Counted from the first letter of the stretch, positions 1 through 14,417 are shown. The stretch: 64,000 nt of DNA from Chiloscyllium plagiosum (GCF_004010195.1 NC_057719.1:46200021-46264020); one strand, 5' to 3'. The notes: generated by a model not told the origin, from the sequence alone. Made by a program: numbers and translations.

Positions 1-1340
1 ACCAGTGAGCCTGATGTCAGTGGTGGGCAAGTTATTGGAGGGAGTCCTCATGTACATGTATTTGGAAAGGCAAGGACTGATTAGGAATAGTCAACATGGT
101 TTTATGCATGGGAAATCATTTCTCACAAACTTGATTTGAGTTTTTTTGAAGGAGTAACAAAGAGGACTAATGAGGGCAGAGCCGTAGATGTGATCTATAT
201 GGACTTCAGTAAGGCGTTTGACAAGGTTCCCCATTGGGAGACTGGTGAGCAAGGTTAGATCTCATGGAATACAGGGAGAACTTGCCACTTAGGTACAGAA
301 TAGGCTCAAAAGGTAGAAGAAAGAAGGTAGTGGTGGTGGGTTGTTTTTCAGACTGAAGGCCTGTGACCAGTGGAGTGCCACAAGGATCGATGCTGGGTCC
401 ACTACTTTTCATCATTTATATAAATAATTTGGATGTGAGCAAAAGAGGTATAGTTAGTAAGTTTCCAGATGACACCAAAATTGGAGGTGTAGTGGACAGC
501 GAAGAAGGTTATGTCAGATTACAATGGGATCTTGATCAGATGGGCCAAGATGGAATGGCAGATGGAATTTAATTTAGATAAATGTGAAGTGCTAGTTTTT
601 GGGAAAGCAAATCTTAGCAGGACTTATACACTTAATGGTAAGGTCCTAGGGAGTGTTGCTGAACAAAGAGACCTTGGAGTGCAGGTTCATAGCTCCTTGA
701 AAGCAGAATCGCAAGAAGATAGCAAAGTTTGGTATGCTTTCCTTTATTGGTCAGAGTATTGAGTACAGGAGTTAGGAGGTCATGTTGCAGCTGTACAGGG
801 CATTGGTTAGGCCACTGTTGGAATATTGCATGCAATTCTGGTTTCCTTCCTATTGGAAAGGTGTTGCAAAACCTGAAAGGGTTCAGAAAATATTTGCAAG
901 GATGTTGCCAGGGTTGGAGGATTTGAGCTATAGGGAGAGGTTGAATTGGCTGGGGCTCTTTTCCCTGGAGCGTCGGAGGCTGAGGGGTGACCTCAGAGGT
1001 TTATAAAATCATGAGGGGCATGAATAGGATAAATAGGCAAAGTCTTTTCCCTGGGGTAGGGAAGTGCAGAACTAGAGGGCATAGATTTAGGGTGAGCGGG
1101 GAAAGATATAAAAGAGACCTAAGGAGCAACCTTTTCACGCAGAGGGTGGTAAGTGTATGGAATGAGCTGCCAGAGGAAGTGATGGAGGCTAGTACAATTG
1201 CAACATTTAAAAGACTTCTGATTGGGTATATGAATGAAAGGATTTGGAGAGATATGGGCCAGGTGCTGGCAGGTGGGACTAGATTGGGTTGGGATAGCTG
1301 GTCAGCATGGACGAGTTGGACAAAGGGTCTGTTTCCGTGC
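1..1340 (+). mobile_element. CR1-clade LINE (HER1-like), RT and 3' end, disrupted
   Basis: Frameshifted fragments TSGVPQGSMLGPLLF, KFPDDTKIGG, LYRALVRPLLEYC, WNELPEEV; 3' tail tgtacatctctatgac. Confidence 0.93.
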
Positions 1341-3751
1341 TGTACATCTCTATGACTCCATGGGAGATGTGACTTGAATCCAAATAGTCTGACCTAGAGG
1401 TAGGGATACTACAGAAAGAGCTCTTTAGTCCCAGTTTTTTGTGTTTACTCTATCCATAAAATTTGAATTCCTTTTTCTTCACAAGTGTAACAATTCCTAA
1501 ATTGTGTCATGTCCTCAGCTTCAGTCACTAAACTCATGAGGTACAGGTTACAGCCCTACCCACTTCCCCCATCCCACCAAGGATTTTTCCTACATCCCTT
1601 ACATTCTACATGGCTCCTTAGCCTATTCCCATCCTTCTTTAATTTTATATCTCATCATCAAAATTCAAATTTGTTATCCCACCCTCCATCCATTCTTGAG
1701 CAGCCTCCACGGTTTACTTCCCATTGCATCTTTGTATCTTTAATGCATATAGTTTACCTAACTTCTCAAACTCTTTCTTTTATAAACACTGGTCACACGC
1801 TTTTAACCTATTCAGGATTTACCACCTTCCCATTTCTTGACTTTTTAAACCTCAGCTTTTTGTGCCCAAGGGAAACATTTTTCCTCCTGCGACTTTTTAT
1901 TGCTAGTTTTCAAGCCAGCAGCAGTTAAAAATAGAAACCTTCTTGAAATACAGGTAAAGCAGTCTCTTCAAAAAAAATCTTTTTCAATGATCAGTGTGCC
2001 TCATGATCATTTGTTCACAAAGCTAATATTCAGATTAGTGAATTATCAATCCTTGAAATGTACAACTTAAATGCAACAGCTAATCTTGCCTTTAAGTCAG
2101 AGATTTACACTGCAATTCTACTCCAGGAATTGAGCTCATGAGTTCTGTTTATTCAGTTGTTCTCAAGGCAAACTGACCTAAATTTTCCAGTCAGAGGTGA
2201 AACAACCGTATTCACCACAAGCGTTGACGAAAGTTGTCCATAAATATTTAGCAATCTATAATGCGCGTTGTCTTTTTCCTTTCCCAACAGCAGTTTACAT
2301 CTGTCTTCAAGTCAATGTGATTGCTTGCTTAAGAACCCACTCTCAATGAATATTCACATAGCAGACAAGGTTATATCTGACATTCAACAAATATAAGTTA
2401 GCTTTTCAGGGCAAAATCGGGTGTTTAGCACTAAGTATAAGGCTGTTAAAAAGTCTGAAAACTTCAATCAACAAAATACAGATTAATGTTTTCTATAGCA
2501 CAAATTGGCAGTTCTCTATCAATTCAATTGATTTCCACTGATTTCAGTTTGTCGGAAGAGAATTTCAACTGCACATACTATAGAAAAGAAGAATTATTGA
2601 CAATTCTGGACTACCAAGTTATTCTACAGACAATAGCTTGTTGTCATTTTCAACACAAAACCAAAGTGTTTCTGAAAGAGAAGTCGCAACAGTTTAGATG
2701 GACATGGAACATCTTAAGAGTAGGAAGAGCTTTCAGTGCTCTGGTCAAGATGTCTTTTCCAACAACCTCCAATACTGATTTAAGTGGTCAATTATCCGAG
2801 TGTTGCTGTAGGATCTTCCAATAGAGGAGTAAATTTGTGCATCTTCCCACTAAATAACAGTGTATGGGGAACATTGTATGAAATCCTCAGGGGATTTCAT
2901 AAGAGTATGCAAATCCAAGCTTTTAACATTGCAACATGATATTGAATTGATCAGTAACGCCAACCAAAAATAGACTGAAAAACGTGCCACAATGGTAACC
3001 GGCCTTTTCAAGATGTAATGGAATGCATCTTTGATTAATATAGCTACAGAAGAAATGTAATGTGCCAATATTTGAGATATCTACTGATGTGAAAATGTTA
3101 TTGCATGTACAGGGTGTTCTCATCTAAAGTTGGGATTGAATAAGTTTCCCGGGGCCCATCCTTTGTGCAGAAAAAAAAACAGCATTATTCCTTTACCCTC
3201 AAAGTTAAAACACAGTATTGTTAATGACATTGGTAAATGAAATAATTGTTGAAACTAAAATGTGAAATATCTATCGAAAACGAACATTATATTTTCCTTA
3301 CAGTATCTTGAGCAGTGGACCAGCCAACTGTGATGTGAGGTGGGTTATTACTGATGTGGGGGGTGACAGGTGATTTCCTGGTGCCCTCCTTGTTCCTAGC
3401 TACATCACAGTTGTTGATGGTCTCTTTTTTGAAGAGCTACGGTGGCTACTCTTTGACTGTAATTGCCTCTGGCATCCACACAAGCCATTGCTGGATGGAA
3501 CTGCTCCACAGGTCTAGTTGGAGCTTGATGGTCCTCCTGCATTGTTCTACCAGCTGTCATTACACCTCTCCACTACTCCCAACCATTTCTGCCTCACGAA
3601 CGGGAGAGGTGTGTGTGATGAGCTCCAAAGTTATTGTGGCAACATGGTGAGGAGCTCCTGAGCTTGGAAGTTGCCAGGAATGGGTGGTTTTCAAAGACAC
3701 TGGTGCTTTGCAGGCCAAGGGAAGAGGGGTTTCTCAAACTCAGAAGTGCCT

Positions 3752-3988
3752 TGCGATATAACTCCACAGAGGTCAGTATCTGGTCACCAAGTCACCCTTT
3801 ACTTACATGTGAGAGCACTTGACACTGGTCCCTCCTCCTCAGACCCAGCTCTCAAAGCGTCAGGATGTCTGGCACTCCTGTTTTTATCTGTCAGCCAGGG
3901 CTACCTACTAGGGGATGTTAATCTGGTCCACTCAGGGAAGTTGCATTCTATAAAGGTCCACCAAACTGACCTCATTATAATCACTACA
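3752..3988. repeat. ~240 bp LTR-like interspersed repeat (same family as the element split at 46.9-48.7 kb)
   Basis: Shares ...gtcaccaagtcacccttt..., ...cactcctgtttttatc.gtcag.caggg... and the end ctgacctcattata.tcactaca with 46906-47045 plus 48588-48702. TG...CA ends; no TSD seen. Confidence 0.6.
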
Positions 3989-4299
3989 CTTAGTTCCTTG
4001 CAGACTGGGAGGGGTGCCATCACCATGTATGGACAGGTTCTTGGGCTGGTGCAGACTCAGATTCGGAGTTTATTGTTGGGCCGAGTCATGGTGGCTCCAG
4101 CAAGTGATTTGAGGCCTGGTTGGTTGGAGGGATCCTGGCAAAAATCTTGAGCAGCAGTTGGCACAGGGAGAAGCCTCACGTTTGAGGGAGAAGAGGTCAT
4201 GCCAACATAGCGACTTTTTATAAAGGAACATTGTAATGAATCTAGTGGCAGTCAGAGATTTGCAGTCTTATTAATTTATAAAATGTTAAAACAAAACAT

Positions 4300-4798
4300 G
4301 TGAAACTTGAAAGGGTTCTGAAAAGATTTACAAGGATGTTGCCAGGGTTGGAGGATTTGAGCTATCGGGGGAGGCTGAACAGGCTGTTTTCCCTGGAGCG
4401 TTGGAGGCTGAGGGGTGACCTTATAGAGGTTTACAAAATTACGAGGGGCATGGATAGGATAAATAGACAAAGTCTTTTCCCTGGGGTCAGGGAATCCAGA
4501 ACTAGGTTTAGGGTGAGATGAGAGAGGGGAAAGATATAAAAGAGACCTAAGGGGCACCTTTTCACAAAGGGTGCTACATGTATGGAATGAGCTGCCAGAG
4601 GAAGTGGTGGAGGCTGGTACAATTGCAACCTTTAAAAGGCATTTGGATGGGTATATGAATAGGAAGGGTTTACAGGGATATGGGCCAGGTGCTGGCAGGT
4701 GGGGCTAGATGGGGTTGGGATAACTGGTCAGCATGGACGGATTGGACCAAAAGAGTCTGTTTCCATACTATACATCTCTATGACTATGACTCTATGAC
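4300..4798 (+). mobile_element. 5'-truncated HER1/CR1 LINE
   Basis: KLERVLKRFTRMLPGLEDLSY...RLRGDLIEVYKI; tail ctatgactatgactctatgac. Confidence 0.92.
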
Positions 4799-5093
4799 AC
4801 ACTCTCTACATTAAAACTTTACCATGAGTTAACGGAATCAAATGCACACTATTGCAAATATTGTTTTGCAAGGTGCATGACTTATTATGCAAAGCAAAGC
4901 ATCATTCTGGAAAAAAAGGGTGGTGCAGTGCAGAAAGCAGGAGTCCATGATGACATTTGGATACAATTCTTCATACCAATGTGTCTTGCCAACTTTAAAG
5001 GAGGAGAAAGTAAACAAAATAAAATGCACGAAGAATTTAAGTTAATGAAAAGCTCAGCTTCCGTCTGATATATACTCAGTGTAAACATAATTC

Positions 5094-5430
5094 ATAGAAC
5101 CTCTACAGTGTGGAAACAGGCAAATTGGCCCAACAAATTCATACTGACCCTCCGAAGAGTAACCCATCCAGATCCATTCTCCTACAATCCTCCTGACAAA
5201 TGCACCTAACTTACACACCCCTGAACACGATGGCCAATTTAGCACAGCACAATTTAGCACCTAACCTGCACATGTTTTGATTGTGGGAGGAAACCGGAGC
5301 ACCTAGAAGAAACACACGGAGGGAATGTGCAAACTTCACACAGACAGACAGTCACCCGAAGCTGGAATCGAACGCAGGTCCCTGGCGCTGTGAGACGGCA
5401 GTGCTAACCATTGAGTCACCATGTGGCTCC
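5094..5430 (-). mobile_element. HE1-like tRNA-derived V-SINE
   Basis: Reverse complement of head (tggttagcactgc), core (ctccggtttcctcccacaa) and LINE-like tail. Confidence 0.88.
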
Positions 5431-6340
5431 AAATTAAAGTGATAAGATAACAGGATTTTTCAAGATGTACCAAAAAAGTACTAAACTTTTATCCAAACTC
5501 GAAGCAGAACTGGCCTGGACCTGGCTGAATAAAGGAGATTCTGCAACAAACACTGTGATTAGATAGGTTTTCATGATGGAAATTCACCAATTGGAAAACA
5601 GTGGACCAAATTTTCTATGCAGCAGCAATGACTGTTGGATATTCCCACGCTCACAACTTAATCCAACCAGACTGCATTGCATGTTTCTACTGCAGCCTTT
5701 TGAGCCATTAGTTCATGATACACCTTTAATAGCACTGACTGTTGTTTGGCAAATTTAAATATCTAGCTTGAACGTGAGTGAATGAATGGACAAATGGGTA
5801 AGAGGCTCAAGGTGAGAGTGAATATTTAGGTGTGGTATGCTTTTGGTCAAGAAGATAACCAGATTCCAGTCATGGGTATAACAGTTAGCTGGGGGAAGGG
5901 GTCAATTGTGTAGTTACCTCGGTATTAGGCTAGGTTTTAATCTGTCATGTATCCTATGCAATTAACTGGGTAAGCACCAAAGAATTGTCTAAAGTCTTTA
6001 GTTCAGAACTGGAGATTCACAGAAGGTCCTGGGAAGCAGAAATGCTTGTTGGAAGTTTAAGATTCCCTGGAATTTTCAGAGTTCATACAACAGGACTTCC
6101 ACGCAGAATCCCAACCTTCATAACCAGTTATACATCTGATCTTGAATGACCCAATGTCCCTGTCTCAGATCATCAACACTCCCCCTACACAGATCTGAAT
6201 ATTTTCAGTATTTTCAGCCTTTGTCAGGTTTACAGATTTTGTCGTACACAACCCTTTTAATACTGATTTTTAAAATACAATTAAAAATTAAATATTTCAT
6301 AAATTTTACAGCAAATGATTAATTGCCATTTGAGAATTTA

Positions 6341-6592
6341 GAGTGTAGGTTTGCTCGCTGAGCTGTAGGTTTGATATCCAGATGTTTCATTACCTGTGGC
6401 GACATCATCAGTGGGGACCTTCAAGTGAAGCGAAGCTGTTCTCTCCTGCTTTCTATTTATATCTTTCTTCTGGATGGGGTTCCTGGGGTTTGTGGTGGTG
6501 TCATTTCCTGTTCGTTTTCTGAGGGGTTGATAGATGGCATCTAGATCTATGCGTTTGTTTATGGTGTTGTGGTTGGAGTGCCAGGCCTCTAG
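6341..6592 (-). mobile_element. Penelope-like element 3' fragment (Poseidon-like, family C)
   Basis: Minus strand encodes LEAWHSNHNTINKRIDLDAIYQPLR (resembles the PLE endonuclease C-terminus), followed by CTGATGA...GAAAC. Flanked by direct repeat gagaattta (6332-6340 / 6593-6601). Confidence 0.75.
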
Positions 6593-7024
6593 GAGAATTT
6601 ATATTTTAAAACCTCTTGATGGCAGTATATATTTTAATCAGGTAGTTTAGGTGAATTATCTTTTGTTTTACTAATACCAACAAACAGCATATGCAAAATT
6701 TGATCAATTTGAGGGGAAAATTTGTAATTTCACATTTTAAATGGTGCTTTCTGCCAACTGGAACAGGTGACACCCCCACTTCAGTTGTTTCAATGCCTTT
6801 TACGCATCACCTTATCCAAAAATCTGCAACCAAGACTAAATCAATCTATCCCTTGCCTTGCTGATAGGGGCTCCAAACACATTCACTTTCAAATGTTTAT
6901 CTGCGTATTTAAATCTCTCCCCATTTGTGTAACCTGTGCCAGCTTGGAACTTCTCACACCTCAAACTGTACAACTCTGGATTTTCCATAATCATTGGCAG
7001 GTATGCTTACATAAGTAAAAATTT

Positions 7025-7240
7025 GGAGAAAGTGAGGACTGCAGATGCTGGAGACCAGAGTTGAAAAATGTGGTGCTGGAAAAACACAGCAGGCCAGACA
7101 GCATCAGAGGAGCAGGAGAATCGACGTTTTGGGCATAAGCCCTTCTTCAGGAATCATCCCTGAAGAAGGGCTTATGCCCGAAACGTCGATTCTCCTGCTC
7201 CTCTGATGCTGCCTGGCCTGCTGTGTTTTTCCAGCACCAC
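7025..7240. mobile_element. Palindromic PLE terminal mini-element (family A)
   Basis: 83 bp inverted arms 7069-7151 / 7159-7241; 16 bp direct repeat acataagtaaaaattt at 7009-7024 and 7239-7254. Confidence 0.85.
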
Positions 7241-7424
7241 ATAAGTAAAAATTTTTCTTGTATGCATTTGGACAAGTTGTATGCAAGAAATGGCATGTTC
7301 TGCTTAAAAATCATAATTATCTCCTCACCAACATCCTCAATTACATAGTTTGCAGTTGTATTGTTCCTCTCCATGTTAGCATTTCTCTCTCTCGTTAGCT
7401 GATTTAACGTTGGTACAATTAAAT

Positions 7425-8082
7425 CAGAGTCATACAGCATGGATACAGACCCTTCGGTTCAACCAGTCCATGCTAAACATAATCGCAAACCAAACTAGTC
7501 CAACCTGCCTGCTCCTGGCCCATATCCCTTCAAACCTTTCCTATTCATGTATCTATCCATGTCTTTTAAACATCGTAGTTGTGCCCACATCCGCAATTTC
7601 TCAGTAAGTTCATTCCACACATGAATCACCTTCTGTGTAAAAAGTTTGCCTCTTATGCCTTTTATGCCTCTCTCCTCCATCCCCACTTAAAAACATGACT
7701 TCTAGTCTTGAAATTCCCCCATCCTAGGGAAAACACAGCTACCATTATCTATCTATACCCCTCATTATTTTTAAAACTTCTATCAGACCGCCTCTCAACT
7801 TTCTACGCTCCAGTGAAAAATGTCCCATCTTTTCTTTACAACACGAAGCCTTCTATACCCGGCAATACCCTGATAAATCTCTTCTGAACTCTCTCCAGCT
7901 TGATAATATCCTTCCTATATTTAAGAGGGTGATCAGAACCAGCAGAACTGGACACAGTATTACAAAAGATGCCTCACTAATGTCCTATACAACCTCAACA
8001 TAGAGTCATAGAGACACACAACACAGAAACAGACCCTTCTGTCCAACTCGTTCATGCTGACTAGATATCCTAAATTAATCTA
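7425..8082 (-). mobile_element. HER1/CR1 LINE 3' fragments (two tails)
   Basis: Minus-strand RGKLFTQKVIHVWNEL...DRYMNRKGL; tail reverse complements at about 7427 and 8003. Confidence 0.85.
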
Positions 8083-8296
8083 GAGATGGAAATGTGTTGC
8101 TGGAAAAGCGCAGCAGCTCAGGCAGCATCCAAGGAGCAGGAGAACCGACATTTCGGGCATGAGCCCTTCTTCAGGAAGAACTCATGCCCGAAACGTCAAT
8201 TCTCCTGCTCTTTGGATGCTGCCTGACCTACTGCGCTTTTCCAGCAACACATTTTTAGCTCTGATCTCCAGCATCTGCAGTCCTCACTTTCTCCTC
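8083..8296. mobile_element. Palindromic PLE terminal mini-element (family A)
   Basis: aaatgtgttgctggaaaagcgcag...tttcgggcatgag / ctcatgcccgaaac...ttccagcaacacattt, ending tcctcactttctcc. Confidence 0.82.
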
Positions 8297-8454
8297 ATGA
8301 TTAGTCATCCCAAAACAATGGAAGTTCTGCATCAAATCCAAAGTCGTAATTCATCTGTAAAATTTAAAATTGTCAAAGTTTGTTTTATTAAATGGCAATC
8401 AAGCAGTGCTTTACTGTATTACTGTATTATATATCCTGTATTCAATACAGTACT

Positions 8455-8548
8455 CTTCCTGATGAAGGGCTTTTGCCCGAAACGTCAATTTCGCTGCTCA
8501 TTGGATGCTGCCTGAATTGCTGTGCTCTTCCAGCACCACTGATCCAGG
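8455..8548 (+). mobile_element. PLE terminal fragment (family A) with hammerhead-like core
   Basis: CTGATGAAGGGCTTTTGCCCGAAACGTC at 8459-8486. Confidence 0.78.
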
Positions 8549-8873
8549 AACTCATCATCTATTGCATAGGTTCTTTCTCTACAGAAAATTATAATGACAG
8601 ATTTAAAGATAACAATTTAGTAGGTTCTCCCTCTCTCATAATTTGCTAGAAACTGATGGCGGTTATTGATAAAAAAAAGACACACCTTTTTGTTAAATAG
8701 ATTGCATGAGCCCAAGTCTAGGAAGGCTTTTAAAAAAAAACCTATGCTTTGTGGAACACACATCATGAGTACATGAACAAGACTGGAACTTAATTCCTGT
8801 TGCTTTCACATGATTATGTAACTCTGATCCAAAAGTCAAGAGCTTCAAAAGAATAGTCACCTGCCATTATCAT

Positions 8874-8984
8874 GGGAGAAAGTGAGGACTGCAGATGCTG
8901 GAGCATCAGAGTTGAGAGTGTGGCACTGGAAAAACACTGCAGGTCAGGCAGCATCCGAGGAGCATAAGCCCTTCATCAGGAAAT
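8874..8984 (-). mobile_element. PLE terminal fragment (family A)
   Basis: ggagaaagtgaggactgcagatgctggag...cccttcatcagg; direct repeat ctgccattat at 8861-8870 and 8985-8994. Confidence 0.8.
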
Positions 8985-9219
8985 CTGCCATTATTATCCT
9001 TGGGAACAAAGAGGTAGAAAAAAGGAGAAATACAAGTGGAGGGAAAGAAGGGAAGAATGGAAAATAAAAGCAGAATGAGAAAGGCAAAGATATAACTGAA
9101 GGTCATAACGCAAACTGAAAAGGCTGGTACTTTAAAATGGTAGCATGAACTTAAATTAAAAAAAAGCTACTGTAATTTCAGAAAGTTTCACTGTTTCTTT
9201 AATGGGAAAATTACGACCT

Positions 9220-12010
9220 AATGGTATTATCACCAGACTATTAATCCAGAAACTCAGCTAATATTTGAATCCTGCCACAGCAGATGGTTGAACTTGAATT
9301 CACTTTAAAAAACTGCAATTAAGGCTCTACTGATGACCACGAAGTCATTGCCAATTGTTGAGGGGGAAAAAAACCCATCTGGCTCACTAATATTCTTCAT
9401 GGAAGGAAATCTGCTATTCTCACTGTGACTCCAAACTCACGGCAGTGTAGTGGATTCTCAACTATCCTTGGAAATGGCCCAGGATGCCATTCAGTTGTAA
9501 GATTTGTTACAAAGTCTCAACAAAGAAATGAAACTGCACCACTTGGCATCGACCTAGATACGAGAAAAGACAACAGCAGAAAAAGGGCTGTTGACCATCT
9601 GGGGTGTGTCGTCCTCAACACTGACTCCAGATCCCTTGAAGTCTCATACCTTCAGGCCAAACATGGGCAATGATTACCACATACCTTCCTCCCTTGGCTA
9701 ATAAAGCAGTACTCATCTATGTTCAGCAAAACTTGGAGGAAGCATTGAAGGTGGCATGGGTGCAATACATACTCTAGGTGGAGGATTTCAATGTCAACCA
9801 TTAAGAGTGGCCCTGGTGGCAGCACTCCTCACGGAGTTGGTCGGGTCCTAAAGGACATAGCTGTTAAATGGTCTGCAGCGGGTGGAACCAAGAGGGAAAA
9901 AAAAAAACTATCACATCCTTACCAATCTACCAGCTGCACCTGTCTGTAACAGTATTGTTGAGAGAGACCACCACACAGTCCTTGTGGAGATAAAGACCTG
10001 CCTTCACAATGAGAATACCCTCCACCATGGTGGGTGGCACAAATCAGGCTAAAAGGGGAAAGACTTCGAAACTCAAAACAGGGCATCCATGAGACGGTGT
10101 GGACATCAACAGCAGAATTATACTCCAAACCCACAATGCGCAACCTCATGGTCAGTATATCCCAACTCAACCATTACCATCAGGCTAGGGGTCAATCCTG
10201 GTTCAATGGAGGGTATGCCAGGAAGCACTAGGCATATCTAAAAGTGAGGTGGCAACCTGGTGAAGCTACCAAATAGGGCTGTGTGTGCCAAACAAGCAGC
10301 AAGTAATAGACAGAGCCAAGCGGTCCCACAACCAACAAATCAAAATTAAGCTCTGCAATTCTGCCACTCCAGTCGTGAATAGCGGTGGAATATTCCAATC
10401 TTCAAATGAGGGAAGACCCCTGCACATCAGTACGAAAGATAAGGCTGAAGCATGTGCAGCAATCCCCAGCTAGAAGTGCCGATTGGATAATCTATCTGGG
10501 CATCCTTCAGAGATCCACAGTATCAAAGATGCCAATCTTCAACAAATCTGATTTACTCAGATCAAAAATGGTTGGTGGCACTGGATATTGCAAAGGCTAT
10601 GGGCACTGACAACATTCCAGTCATAATACTGAAGATTTGTGCTCCCCTAGCCAAAATGGTCTAGTACAGCTACAACACTAGCATCTACGCGACAATGTGG
10701 TAAATTGTCCAGGTATGTCCTGAACACAAAATGTGGGATACTTCCAACCCAGCTAATTACTGCTCCATCAGTCTAGTCTTGACCATCAGTAAAATGATGG
10801 AAGGGGTCATCTTCAGTGCTATCAGCAGCTGATCAGCAATGCCCAGTTTGTGTTCTGCAAGGGGCAGTCAGCACCTGACCTCATTATTTCTATGTTTGAG
10901 CAAAGGCTGTAAAGAACCAAATTCCAGTGGTGAGGTGAGAGTGACAGCCCTTGACATCAAGGTCACTTTGGACCAGGTTTGGCATCAAGGAGGCCTAGCA
11001 AAACTGAAATCGATGGGCATCAAGGGGCAAACTCTCTGCTGGTTGGAGTCATACCTGGCACATAGGAGGATGGCTGTGGTTGGTGGAGGTCAGTCTTCTC
11101 AGCTCCATTACATCGCTGCAGGAGTTCCTCAGAATAGTGTCCTAGGTTGAACTATTCATCAATTACCTTCTTTGTAAAAGTCCAAAGTGGAGATGTTGAC
11201 CAATAATGGTAGAAATATTCAGTAATTCATGTCCAAATGCAACAAGGTGTGCACAATATCCAAGCTTGGATTGAAGTCGCAAGTAACATTTGCACATCAC
11301 AAATCACCACCCCCACCCTTTAACTTCAGTGATGTTACTATCACTGAATCACCCACTAGCAACATCCTTGGGGTTACCATTGACCAGGAATTCTACTGGA
11401 CTCACCACACAGTGGAGTAGCTACAGGAACAGGTCAGAGGCTAAGTATATTGTGGCGAGTAATTCACCTCTCAACTCTGCAAAGCGTGTCCACATGCAAG
11501 GCACAAGTCAGGAGTGTTATGGAATACTCCTCACTTGTCTGGATGGGTGCTGTTCCAACAACACTCAAGTTAACACAATCCAGGACAAAGTGGTCTGTTT
11601 GTTTCGTACCACATCCACTCACTCCTGGCACCACATCCACCACCAATGCTCAGTAGCCCATTAATCTACAAGATGCACTGCAAAAATTCAAAGCTCCTTA
11701 AATAGTATTTTCCAACCACATAATCACTTCCATCTAGAAGGACAAGGGCAGCAGATACATGGGAACACCACTACGTGCAAATTCCCCTCCAAGTCACTCA
11801 CCATCTTTAACTTAGAAATAGATCACTATTCACCCACTATCACTGGGTTAAAATCCTGGAATTTCCTCCCTAATGGCACCGTGGGTCAACCTACAGCACA
11901 TGGACTACACCAGTTCAAGGTGGCAGTGCACTACCACCACCTAAGGGCAACTAGAGATGGGCAATAAATGCTGCCCAGCCAGCAACATTTACGCTCAATG
12001 AATGAATAAC
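9220..12010 (+). mobile_element. Degenerate CR1/L2-group LINE (second family), APE-RT remnants
   Basis: GEVRVTALDIK..DQVWHQG.LAKLKSMGIKGQTLCWLESYL...AGVPQNSVLG; KAQVRSVMEYS; tail gatgggcaataaatgctg...aatgaatgaataa. Confidence 0.85.
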
Positions 12011-13293
12011 AAACTTGACAAAGGAACACCTCATAGCACCCCAAAGTAGAATATTTCACGTAAAAGAGCTCATTCAGACACTGATAAAATAATTGGCGTG
12101 GATGCATATATAGCGGAAATTAAGCTGAGCTTATTTCGATTGGTCAGCAGACTTTTAAACGTATGCCTGAACATATTGCATGAGAACAGGAATCCCTTCC
12201 TCCATGTATTATTTCCTATGGCAATTATCAGTAGCTTCTTGTAGCACCAGCATTACTTCCACTAATTTTTATACACAAAAAACTCAGATAACCTAAGAGA
12301 TTGAATGGATGATGGATGTTAAATTTCTGAAAAACTAAAACAAGAAGAAAATCATACTAAGACTCCTAAAATTAAACAAGCAGAGTTGAATGTAACGTAG
12401 TCTCTTAAATGCAAAATCCTTATGTTCAGTTTAGTGGAGCATTGATAAAATTGAAAGTTTGTTTTGAAAGCTTTCTGGGGCATTTATTCATTCTTTCCCG
12501 AAAAGAAAGCACCGAGTAAGCTTACAACTGCAAGCTCTGCAGTTCTTTTGTGCACGTTTGAGTATTAAAAGGGGGGAGATCGGGGGGGCAGAAGAGTATT
12601 TTCAACACTTTTGTTTCTACTTCAGTTTCCAATGTCTGCAATATTTTGGTTTTACATGACGCACATGTCCACCTCACCCAATTACTCAGTCTGATTACTC
12701 AAAAAAATACTGGCGTTTCCTAAATGCCATATGGAATACATTGTAATCATGCCTCCATAAGAAAAGTTCATAAATTTACTAACTACTGACAAAACAGCAT
12801 CAGCTCACTTCAGCAAACATCCTCAACAAAATAGAGGTACACTTCATTAATCTAATTTGCTTCTTTGGGCTGTCTTCGGTCTATTCACACAAGGATAATA
12901 TAACTAGCATAGCATGCACAAAGTAGAATAAATCTATGATTGATTTATAGCATCCTATACATTAGAACACATCTTTACATGTTTGATATATGTATTTTGA
13001 TAAGCAGAGTTGACATTCAGCAATTTGCACTCATGAATGGGAACACAAAAAAAATCCCACAAGCAACACCACAAAGGATGCCAATATTGCACAAGTGAGA
13101 TAGTAAATTGAAAGCCATGAACAAGATATCCATTCCTATCTTATGGCAGAAAGCAGTTAATTGCATAAGTCATTTCACATTATCATTTATATATTCTGTT
13201 ATTTGCTTTAACCTCTTTCTTGCTATACACTGTATAAATTAAACCTTCCATTACCAAAATGGGTCCGGCACAGTCCTGCCTGAATAACATAAC

Positions 13294-14056
13294 TGTTACA
13301 ACCCTGAGGTAATTAAAACCAAACACCCAGAAAAGCTCGCCTTGTAACCTGTTAAAGTATGAGCGAAAGAGAACTCCTAATTTCCACTATTTAAAGAAAC
13401 ATAACAATTTTTAAAAACTCTAATAGTGAACAAAAAAAACCAGAAGAAATTCAAGCCCCCTTTTTTTAAGTAATTACTATCCGACCCCAACTCGATAAAG
13501 ATGCTGCCCTAATAACACAAGTATTAAATATTACATTAAATTAATTTCTCAAAGTACATACAGATTGTCTTCTCCTCTCCCTTCAGTCTTCCTTCCTCTT
13601 CCTGAATCTGCTATCTTCTTCCTGGGTCAGCTTCCTTCTTTTCACTGCTTTTACAGGAAAAGGTACCTTTTGATAGATAGTGCCTCCTGAAATTTCTTTG
13701 AGAGCAAGATATTAGATGGGAGTTAGGGCTCTGGCAGTTGCTCTGAATTTTCAAAATGCCTGCATTTTTTATACTCCCAACATCATTCCCTCTCATTGGT
13801 CCGATGTTGTCAACACAATAAATTCAAACTCAATTGGGTTTTAGTATCCTGGGCATAATTTAAATTAATTAGATAAATTTGTATTGTCATCAAAATAGCA
13901 ACCAAAACTCAGGTATCCATTTAACAGCCATTTGTTTACACATATCTATTTTGGAACAGTCCATCTCTTAGCTAACTGTTCTGGCAGCTGTACTTTAAAA
14001 GTCAGGAAACACTTCCTATCTTAAGAATGAACATATACTCTTTCGACTCTGTAACA
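13294..14056. mobile_element. Probable solo LTR (763 bp)
   Basis: Begins TGTTACA and ends TGTAACA (7 bp inverted termini); flanks ataac / gtaac fit a 5 bp TSD with one mismatch. Confidence 0.65.
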
Positions 14057-14417
14057 GTAACACATAGGAATAAAGTAAGCCAATTCAGCTCAATGAATCC
14101 ACTCCCCCATTTAATGAGATCATGGCTGATCTGCTAATCTCAACTTCACTTACTTGTCTCAGTCCTATAACCCTAGATTCCCTCAATGATTAGAAAATTG
14201 GTTTATTTCAGCCTTAAATATATTTAACAACCCAACCAAGACAGGTTTCTGTAGTAAAGATACCACACTGAGAAAAGAACACTCTTGTTTTACCTTTATT
14301 CCTCCATGAGAAAGAGGCATGATTGCCAGAAAACAGCAACAGAGGAAGGTGTGTAATTGCAAGATTAGAGTATAATGTTGCTTTGAGTAGGGCAATTATA
14401 AAAATCTTCCTTTGGAT

